A stretch of 64,000 bases of DNA from positions 38,812-102,811 of the IMG/VR virus record IMGVR_UViG_3300033149_002975; one strand, written 5' to 3'. The notes under the pieces were generated by a model that did no database searches, was not told where the DNA came from, and saw only the letters and a list, made by a program, of their open reading frames with translations. Origin of the DNA: a virus. A program made the translations under genes and the position numbers. This document shows, piece by piece, positions 57,094 to 64,000 of the stretch (within the stretch, counting starts at the first letter, position 1; the number at the start of each line of letters is the position of its first letter).

Positions 57094-58215
57094 ATGGCAA
57101 AAAAAGATAAAAAAAGAAATAATTCTGATGAATTGGGTGAAATCACCAATGAAATTGCAGATTCTGCTGCAGCCGCGAATGAAGTAACACAATTACCAGC
57201 CGTCAGCGAATTTTGTCCAACGGGTTGTACACTTCTTGATTTAGCAATTGCCAACAAATTACCTGGTGGGATTCCTATTGGAAGAATTGTTCATATATTT
57301 GGTGCCGGGTCAACGTGTAAAACAGTTTTAGGGACTACGGTATTGGGCTATGCACAAAGATCCGGAAAACTTGCTTATATGGCAGATGTTGAACATACAT
57401 TGGATCCGGTGTTTGCTCGTATTTATGGATTGGATTGCTCTGATTCTAAAACCTTTAAATTGACAACAAAATTAGACCCGGATCCTAAAAAAGAAAATTC
57501 CATAGAAGGGATGTTTGAAAAATATTTGGGAGGTATTATATACCCAAATGGTCGTGGAAAAAAGATGAATACCGCACCAAAAGTAATAGTTATAGATTCG
57601 ATTACCGCCCTGCCTTCGGAGGTTGAACTTGAGGAGTCGATGGAAAAATCGTCATACGCCGTTACCAGAGCTAAACAAATGAGTCGTGGTTTCAGAAAAT
57701 ATATATTCCCCATAGCAACGTCCAATACTACACTGTTTTGTATTGACCAAACAAGAACTAACATCAATGCGATGTTTGGTGCCCCAAGAGAAGTAACATC
57801 AGGTGGCCGTGCACTGGAATTTTATTCTTCAGTTCAGGTTCTCCTAAAACACGATTCCAACATAACAAATAGCAAAGGGGTGACAACCGGTATATGGGTT
57901 AAGTTTAAAATAATAAAGAATAAAGTGTCTCCCCCTTTCCGCAGTGGACGTTTCAAAATTACTTGGGAGTATGGATTAGATGATATTTCAAGTAATTTGT
58001 ATTTCCTGGCCGTTGATCAAGTTGGAAAAACTGCAGCGAAAAATCGTTCAACGAAATTATCATTATTTGGTGAGGAACATCAAATACATCATTGGGTTAA
58101 AGTTATCGAAGATAATAATATGGAGGAAGAATTACGACAGGAAGTATGGAAAGTTTGGAAATTAATGTACAGAGAAGAACCCGTTGGTGTTGAGAGAAAA
58201 GCCAGGGTATGGTAG
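57094..58215 (+). CDS. recA: RecA/UvsX recombinase
   Basis: TGCTLLDLA..GGIPIGRI, DVEHTLD, IDSI, TSGGRALEFYSS, KNKVSPPFR. Confidence 0.93.
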   Translation: MAKKDKKRNNSDELGEITNEIADSAAAANEVTQLPAVSEFCPTGCTLLDLAIANKLPGGIPIGRIVHIFGAGSTCKTVLGTTVLGYAQRSGKLAYMADVEHTLDPVFARIYGLDCSDSKTFKLTTKLDPDPKKENSIEGMFEKYLGGIIYPNGRGKKMNTAPKVIVIDSITALPSEVELEESMEKSSYAVTRAKQMSRGFRKYIFPIATSNTTLFCIDQTRTNINAMFGAPREVTSGGRALEFYSSVQVLLKHDSNITNSKGVTTGIWVKFKIIKNKVSPPFRSGRFKITWEYGLDDISSNLYFLAVDQVGKTAAKNRSTKLSLFGEEHQIHHWVKVIEDNNMEEELRQEVWKVWKLMYREEPVGVERKARVW

Positions 58216-58755
58216 ATGAAACGTGTTGAATCAACTGTTATTGGTGTTGATCCCGGATTGAAAGGTGCCATAGTTGTAATTTTCCCGGACGGTGTAACAC
58301 TGGCGTTTGATATGCCGGTAATTGTTGTAAAAGAAAAAAAGAAAAAATCCAAAAAGCACGTGTATGATATAGACAAAATTATTAAAATTATAAAGGATAT
58401 AAAATCTGTAACGTCTTTATGTTGGAACAAAAATATTATAGTATTTTTAGAAAAAGTTCAAATATTACCAAGGGGATTTACAATAAAAAGTAATTTGGGA
58501 TTAGCAAGGTGCGAAGCAATATTCGAAACGATACTGCATTTTCTTGATATAAAATATGAATTTGTAAATCCACGCGTATGGCAACGTTTTTATGGGATTT
58601 CCAGCAAAAATGGGGATACTAAAGAACAATCAATCAAAAAAGCTAAAGAATTATATCCGCGAATAATTTTAGAAACCAAAAGAGGCAGGGTACTGGACGG
58701 GAGAGCAGACGCCGTACTGGTGGCCAATTATGGTTTGGATAAGATGAATAAATGA
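58216..58755 (+). CDS. RuvC-like Holliday junction resolvase
   Basis: IGVDPG, FLEKV, P..WQ, DGRADA. Confidence 0.85.
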   Translation: MKRVESTVIGVDPGLKGAIVVIFPDGVTLAFDMPVIVVKEKKKKSKKHVYDIDKIIKIIKDIKSVTSLCWNKNIIVFLEKVQILPRGFTIKSNLGLARCEAIFETILHFLDIKYEFVNPRVWQRFYGISSKNGDTKEQSIKKAKELYPRIILETKRGRVLDGRADAVLVANYGLDKMNK

Positions 58756-59876
58756 TTAAATCTATAAAACTTAAAAATTTATTCTCCCACGAAGATTCAT
58801 TATTAAATTTTTCCCCTGGTGTAAATATTATATGTGGGAAAAGTAATGATGGTAAATCTGCGATCCGTCGAGCCATATGTTGGGTAGCCGACAATCGCCC
58901 ACTTGGTGTGGGGATGATAAGATATTATTACATAAACGGCGAAAAACATTTAACAGAAGAAGCGTTGGCGGAATTAGTAAAAGATGCAAATGGAAAAATA
59001 ATCACCGTTTCTAGATCAAAAACCAAAAATTCTAATGGTAAATATACGATAGCTGATGGTGAGTCAAAAATTTCATTAAGTTCTTTTGGTCAGGCACCAC
59101 CCCCAGAAGTATTGGATGTAATAAATTTAAATGAAATAAACATTCAACGCCAACTTTCCCCATATTTTCTGGCATTTGATCCACCCGGACAAGTAGCAAC
59201 TTTTCTCCGTTCTATCACGAAATTGAACGAAATCGATTCAGTGTGCAATTTAATTTCCAGCAAATTAAGAAAAGTACAAAAAGAAATTGACAGTAATAAA
59301 TCAGAATTGTGTGATACGAATGCGCGTATCGGGGAATTGGAAAGGATAAATCTTGAATCATTGGAACAAAAAATCAAAGAATCGAAAAAAATAATAGATA
59401 CGAATACGGTTCTTGAGACAAAAATAAAAAAATTATTTACTATTGTGTGTCAAATCGATGACTTGTTAAAAAAATCAATAAATATTCCGGATAATTGTGA
59501 AAAGATATTACAATCATCGTTGTTTTTAAAGAACCAACACAATGAATTAATCAATGATTATCGTAATCTTAAATCAATAATTTTTAATATAAAGTCTATT
59601 AGAAATACAGAAATAAACGTTGTGGACGCCAATGGAATTTTGGAACAAAACGAAAAAATCATTAAAACGTATAATAAATATAAGAATAATTATGACAAAT
59701 TGTTCAAAATAATAGAGAAAATAAATAAAATTAACGCATTAACTAATGATATTAAACACAAATTGGAATTGGAAGAAAGATCTAAAAAGGAAATAGAAGA
59801 ACAATTAGTCGAATGTCCAAAATGTGGGGCGAAATTAACAGAAGAATCAAAACATAGAGTATTAAACGATTATTAA
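58752..59876 (+). CDS. SbcC/Rad50 N-terminal half (Walker A, coiled coil, Zn hook)
   Basis: IKLKNLFSH, GKSNDGKS, C-terminal CPKCG; no Walker B. Confidence 0.85.
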   Translation: MIKSIKLKNLFSHEDSLLNFSPGVNIICGKSNDGKSAIRRAICWVADNRPLGVGMIRYYYINGEKHLTEEALAELVKDANGKIITVSRSKTKNSNGKYTIADGESKISLSSFGQAPPPEVLDVINLNEINIQRQLSPYFLAFDPPGQVATFLRSITKLNEIDSVCNLISSKLRKVQKEIDSNKSELCDTNARIGELERINLESLEQKIKESKKIIDTNTVLETKIKKLFTIVCQIDDLLKKSINIPDNCEKILQSSLFLKNQHNELINDYRNLKSIIFNIKSIRNTEINVVDANGILEQNEKIIKTYNKYKNNYDKLFKIIEKINKINALTNDIKHKLELEERSKKEIEEQLVECPKCGAKLTEESKHRVLNDY

Positions 59877-59887
59877 AAGGAGAATAA

Positions 59888-60256
59888 ATGAGAACCACAA
59901 TTGAAATAACGAGAGAAGAATTTTTGAATTTAAAAGACGGAAGAGAAGAGGGTTATTCTGAATTGGACGGTAGGTATTTCTGCCGCTTTAGAGACAAAGA
60001 ATTTTTACAAAAGCAAGTTGATGCAATTATTGCGGGTAAATCCGAGAATGTTGTATTTTTGATGGAAGTGAGTGTGTCTCCTGCGCTATATCGTTCGGCT
60101 GTAGAAGAGAAACCGTCCCATTACAAACCACCCGAAATAAAAATGACAGTAAGAAAAGCGACTCTTGTCGAAGAACACGCAAAAGAAATCAAATTATCTG
60201 TAACTCCGGAGGATTTTCTACGCGACAAATACATTAAATCTGAAACGGGGATATAA
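59888..60256 (+). CDS. Hypothetical protein
   Basis: AGGAG RBS. Confidence 0.55.
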   Translation: MRTTIEITREEFLNLKDGREEGYSELDGRYFCRFRDKEFLQKQVDAIIAGKSENVVFLMEVSVSPALYRSAVEEKPSHYKPPEIKMTVRKATLVEEHAKEIKLSVTPEDFLRDKYIKSETGI

Positions 60257-61167
60257 TGATTCTTGGTATATTAGGAGATACACAATTCACAACGTCACAA
60301 CCAAAGCGTAGGTTGGATAATTATTGGGAAACTCAGAAATCAAAATTTAATGAAGCGTTGGAAATATTTCGTGATAAAAAATGTGACAGAATTATCCAAC
60401 CTGGGGATTTAGTTAACAGCCCCAATGTATCAAATATTGTGATGTCAGCATTGATTAATATGCTTAAAAAATATCGTGTGCAATTGGATGTGGCGTGGGG
60501 CAATCACGATGTTTCCGGTGTCTCGTCAGCAACATTACCGACTAGCCCGCTTTCTGTATTAAAAGCCGCCAGGGTCATACACGTGTTAAATAATGAACCA
60601 CACCAATTCGGAAACGTGATGATATATGGTGCTGGATTTAATGAAGAACCGCCAATACCCAAAAATCAAAATGATTATAATATACTGGTAATTCACGCTA
60701 TGATAGGCAACCGGCCATTATTCCCAAACCAGGAATTAAAAAACCCAAAAAATTTTCTAAAACAGCATCCACATTATAATTTGGTTGTTTGTGGTCACTA
60801 TCATTACAGGTTTATAGAAACTTATGAAGGACGAACAATTCTTAATGCGGGGGCGTTGGTTCGTGAATCAATAGGTAAATTTGATTTGGAACACAAACCC
60901 GGTGTAATTATATTTGATACCGATACGAATAGAGTAGAAATTGTCGAATTAACAATAGAACCGGCAGAAAGTGTATTTGATCTTTCTCCGATAAAAAAAC
61001 GGGATAATGAAATACTCAATAAATTTATCGAGAGACTGAAAAATAGAGGCAAATCAGCAATTTCCGGTTGGAAGCAAATTTTAGTAAAAATCACAGATGA
61101 AAAAAACACAAGTGATGGTGGGAAATTGGTGATAGACCAATGTCTGGAAGAAATAAACGCGAAATAA
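60256..61167 (+). CDS. SbcD/Mre11 nuclease
   Basis: GDTQ, PGDL, GNHD, VIH, GHYH, NAGAL.R. Confidence 0.88.
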   Translation: MILGILGDTQFTTSQPKRRLDNYWETQKSKFNEALEIFRDKKCDRIIQPGDLVNSPNVSNIVMSALINMLKKYRVQLDVAWGNHDVSGVSSATLPTSPLSVLKAARVIHVLNNEPHQFGNVMIYGAGFNEEPPIPKNQNDYNILVIHAMIGNRPLFPNQELKNPKNFLKQHPHYNLVVCGHYHYRFIETYEGRTILNAGALVRESIGKFDLEHKPGVIIFDTDTNRVEIVELTIEPAESVFDLSPIKKRDNEILNKFIERLKNRGKSAISGWKQILVKITDEKNTSDGGKLVIDQCLEEINAK

Positions 61168-61191
61168 ATATAATGAATAAGGAACATACTA

Positions 61192-61452
61192 ATGTCCAAT
61201 GATATTATAGAGCAATTAAAAAATAAAGAATCAATAATTAATGATCTGATACAGAAAAAATCCAGACAAGATGGACAAAAAGAACAGCTTTTTTCACAAT
61301 TAAAAGCCGAATTTGGTGTTGATTCATTGAAATCTGCTGTTGATTTATTGGATGATTTACAAGAAAAGGTTACTGAAAATGAGAAAAAACTTATTGACTT
61401 GGATTCAGAAATGGCTGAAATCATTGCTTCGGCCGAAAATAAATCTTCGTAA
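61192..61452 (+). CDS. Coiled-coil protein (possible third SbcC fragment)
   Basis: Heptad-rich 86 aa directly after SbcD. Confidence 0.5.
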   Translation: MSNDIIEQLKNKESIINDLIQKKSRQDGQKEQLFSQLKAEFGVDSLKSAVDLLDDLQEKVTENEKKLIDLDSEMAEIIASAENKSS

Positions 61453-61659
61453 TCCGGAAGTAATTGGTAGAGCTATAATTAAAAAGGATAAGAAATCCGG
61501 TGCTAAATATTGGCTAACCACTGACAGTAATTGGCTTGACCGTGATGAATTACCATTTAATGAACCGCTATCGATTTCTGTTAGATTATTTAAAGCCGGA
61601 ACGACGATAGAGATTGTTGGTGAAATAGAAGAAAATATAAAAATAGAGAAAAAACAGAA

Positions 61660-62220
61660 ATGATTGTGAGAAATATATCAATAATTTTTAATATTTTTTT
61701 ATTTGTTTCATTTACAAATACATCTATTCAAGCCAATCTGGTAGATATGTCAATTGAACCAGCAGTAGATACAGTTAGTGTTGGTGATTATTTCAATGTG
61801 GGCATATGGCTACGCGATGATGGGCAGACTGGTATTACTACTGTTGTTGTTAATTTTGGTTGGGATGAAAACTTTTTGCAATTAAATAACGTGAGCCAGG
61901 GAGATTATAAGTGGAACAGTTTTGTTGAAAATAACCTTTCCGGCAATCCGGATTATACAATATCCGCAAAACGACCCAGATCTAACCCAACAACGGATTT
62001 CCTTTTCGCTTCAGTAAATTTAAAAGCTTTGGCCCAAACTCCTAATACTAATATTGTGATATATAATGTGGGTCTTTCCCCGACACAAGTTCTTGTTAAG
62101 AAGAATAATGTAACGGGGTCGTTTATAGATGGAAATATTATAATCGTTCCTGAACCAACAACAATATGCATCCTGGGTCTTGGTTGTCTGCTGTTTTGCA
62201 AAAATGGAAAAATTAAATGA
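61660..62220 (+). CDS. Secreted cohesin-like domain protein with PEP-CTERM sorting signal
   Basis: Signal peptide; VSVGDYFNV..WDENFLQL; C-terminus VPEPTTICILGLGCLLF plus basic tail. Confidence 0.8.
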   Translation: MIVRNISIIFNIFLFVSFTNTSIQANLVDMSIEPAVDTVSVGDYFNVGIWLRDDGQTGITTVVVNFGWDENFLQLNNVSQGDYKWNSFVENNLSGNPDYTISAKRPRSNPTTDFLFASVNLKALAQTPNTNIVIYNVGLSPTQVLVKKNNVTGSFIDGNIIIVPEPTTICILGLGCLLFCKNGKIK

Positions 62221-62744
62221 ATAATTTATATAAAGAAATCATTGGCAATGCGTTGGAACCAGCAATTAATCCAACAGATTTTTATAAAATTGGCAAAGTG
62301 ATAATTACTCCACACGTTTGCAACAACGCCGGGAGATTTGGGGCTGGGTTTGCAAAAACTGTTGCTGAGAAATATCCAGAAGTTAAAGAACGTTATTTAC
62401 AGGAAATTACCCAGGTGCCGACACAACTTTGTCTTGGTGATTGTCAATTCATACCGGTTAATATGCATGATCCACGTATAGTAATGAAAACATTTGTTGT
62501 TAATATGATAGCACAAGATGGTGTACGAGGACCAAATAACCCAATACCGTTAAAATACGAAGCACTAATCAAATGTATGGTATACATTAGAGAATCTATT
62601 TTACCAGAAATGAAATTTAATTCGTCGATACATTGTTGTAAATTTGGATCCGGTTTAGCTGGTGGTAATTGGGATTTCATCAAAATATTAATCAAGGAAA
62701 TTTGGTGTGATCACGGAATACCGGTAACAGTATATAAATTATAA
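62217..62744 (+). CDS. Macro domain (ADP-ribose processing) protein
   Basis: HVCNNAGRFGAGFA, VVNMIAQ, KFGSGLAGGNW. Confidence 0.88.
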   Translation: MNNLYKEIIGNALEPAINPTDFYKIGKVIITPHVCNNAGRFGAGFAKTVAEKYPEVKERYLQEITQVPTQLCLGDCQFIPVNMHDPRIVMKTFVVNMIAQDGVRGPNNPIPLKYEALIKCMVYIRESILPEMKFNSSIHCCKFGSGLAGGNWDFIKILIKEIWCDHGIPVTVYKL

Positions 62745-62770
62745 CAATTTGGGGTAATTGGAGACAGATT

Positions 62771-63037
62771 ATGTTTTTAGATGATGTTGGTGGCGTTGAT
62801 TTTTCATGCGCCAATTTGCCAGACAATAAACCAATAACAATTCTCGATCTGTTATGGGTTGACAATATTTTATGGGGAATGACGTCCATTCCTTTTGAAA
62901 AAGCACAATCACTGGTTAATGCTGATACAGGAAAAGTAAAAAACGTACCATTACCAATTTTGATAACCCAAAAGGAATTTACGAATTTGATTAAATCTTT
63001 ATACGGCAAATCGGCTTTTATTGGGAATGGTCAATGA
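62771..63037 (+). CDS. Hypothetical protein, paralog of 34586..34777
   Basis: MFLDDVGGVDFSC N-terminus. Confidence 0.6.
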   Translation: MFLDDVGGVDFSCANLPDNKPITILDLLWVDNILWGMTSIPFEKAQSLVNADTGKVKNVPLPILITQKEFTNLIKSLYGKSAFIGNGQ

Positions 63038-63657
63038 ATTTGGATAAATACACAAAATTTTTAAATACCCAAAAAGCAAAGCTTGAGATATTAACTGACA
63101 AACGGTCGAATCTCGAATTCACATTGGCTTCATTAAACAAATCATTATCCGATATAAGAGAAGCTGATGATGTAATGAATGCAGTCTCTATATTGGCACA
63201 AGAAAATTCTAAAAATGTTATTGAAGAATTGGTAACTTTAGCTCTACAATCAGTATACGGTGAAAGTCATTCTTTTGAAATCGACAATAAAATAAATCGT
63301 GGACAGCCGGAGACATTTTTGTATGTAGTAGAAAACGGTGAGCGTTGTTTATTAAAAAATGCCGATGATTATTTTGGTGGTGGGGTAGTTGATGTATGCA
63401 GTTTTGCTTTGCGAGTCGTATCCTGGGCCATTCAGGATGAAAAATCGGATAATGTATTGCTGTTGGACGAGCCAATGAAAAATCTGGATTCGTCCAGATT
63501 AACACTAGCTGGAGAAATGATTAAGGAATTATCTAAAGCTTTAAATCTACAATTCATAATAATAACACATGAAGATGAATTAAAGATGACTGGTGATTCA
63601 ACATTTCTTGTCATAAAAACTAATAATATATCAAATGTGGAGAAAACAGATGTTTAA
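63034..63657 (+). CDS. SbcC/Rad50 C-terminal half (signature, Walker B, H-loop)
   Basis: FGGGVVDVCSFALR, LLLDEP..NLD, IIITHE. Confidence 0.85.
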   Translation: MNLDKYTKFLNTQKAKLEILTDKRSNLEFTLASLNKSLSDIREADDVMNAVSILAQENSKNVIEELVTLALQSVYGESHSFEIDNKINRGQPETFLYVVENGERCLLKNADDYFGGGVVDVCSFALRVVSWAIQDEKSDNVLLLDEPMKNLDSSRLTLAGEMIKELSKALNLQFIIITHEDELKMTGDSTFLVIKTNNISNVEKTDV

Positions 63658-63952
63658 AACAAAAAATTGTATTAACGTTCAAGTAAATGGTGGAGACATA
63701 TGTCAAGTCGCAATTTATAGGGTGTCCAATTTTATCATAAATGAAACAGAAATAGCTAAACCATCGGATTTATATAAACAAGATTGGTTTTTATTCGAGC
63801 CACACCAACCATTCTCCTGTAATATGCAATTATTACAAAAAATTGCCGAATGGTTTGTTATCAATACGCCGTTATGTTATAAAGCCACTGCAATATTAGA
63901 TGGTTGTTGCAAAGCTTCTTATATAGAATCAGATAAACTTCCGGTTTATTGA
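63635..63952 (+). CDS. Hypothetical protein
   Basis: 105 aa ORF. Confidence 0.4.
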   Translation: MWRKQMFKTKNCINVQVNGGDICQVAIYRVSNFIINETEIAKPSDLYKQDWFLFEPHQPFSCNMQLLQKIAEWFVINTPLCYKATAILDGCCKASYIESDKLPVY

Positions 63953-64000
63953 AAGGGAAAAAGAAAATGACAAAGACTCCATTTCACGACAAAAAGGGAA

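Noticed and set aside
1-64000. Stop-codon reassignment
   Set aside because: Core genes are full length in the standard code, and TAA, TAG and TGA all end genes.

Overview
AT-rich segment of a large T4-like (contractile-tailed) phage genome in two divergent arms that meet at about 32.6-32.8 kb. The minus-strand arm (1-32586) is morphogenetic. It holds the baseplate hub, two tube-like genes, sheath, neck proteins, gp23-like major capsid protein, a gp21-like protease fused to a scaffold, and the gp20-like portal. No terminase is visible in the window. The plus-strand arm (32815-64000) is early/replication. It holds sigma70-type promoters, initiator, DnaB, primase, UDG-PolA, beta clamp, DnaX, gp32-like SSB, UvsY/RecA, RuvC, a split SbcC with SbcD, two methyltransferases, RNA-repair genes, tRNA-Lys and a tRNA-like RNA. 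The main candidate novel system is a set of about a dozen non-structural ORFs scattered among the head genes. They start with similar short leaders ending in a gp21-type [ILV]-x-E site. The large ones are strings of unrelated small domains joined by a recurrent E-S-K-[VI]-N-E-like linker, and some linkers are exact 20-25 bp direct repeats in the DNA. I read this as a modular, capsid-packaged, protease-processed polyprotein cargo system. One cargo domain, a pentapeptide repeat, also exists as a stand-alone early gene. Other notable items are a putative phage histone, a PEP-CTERM protein and a GLUG protein suggesting a Planctomycetota-like host, and several microhomology recombination scars. All family assignments come from reading motifs by eye; no database searches were run.
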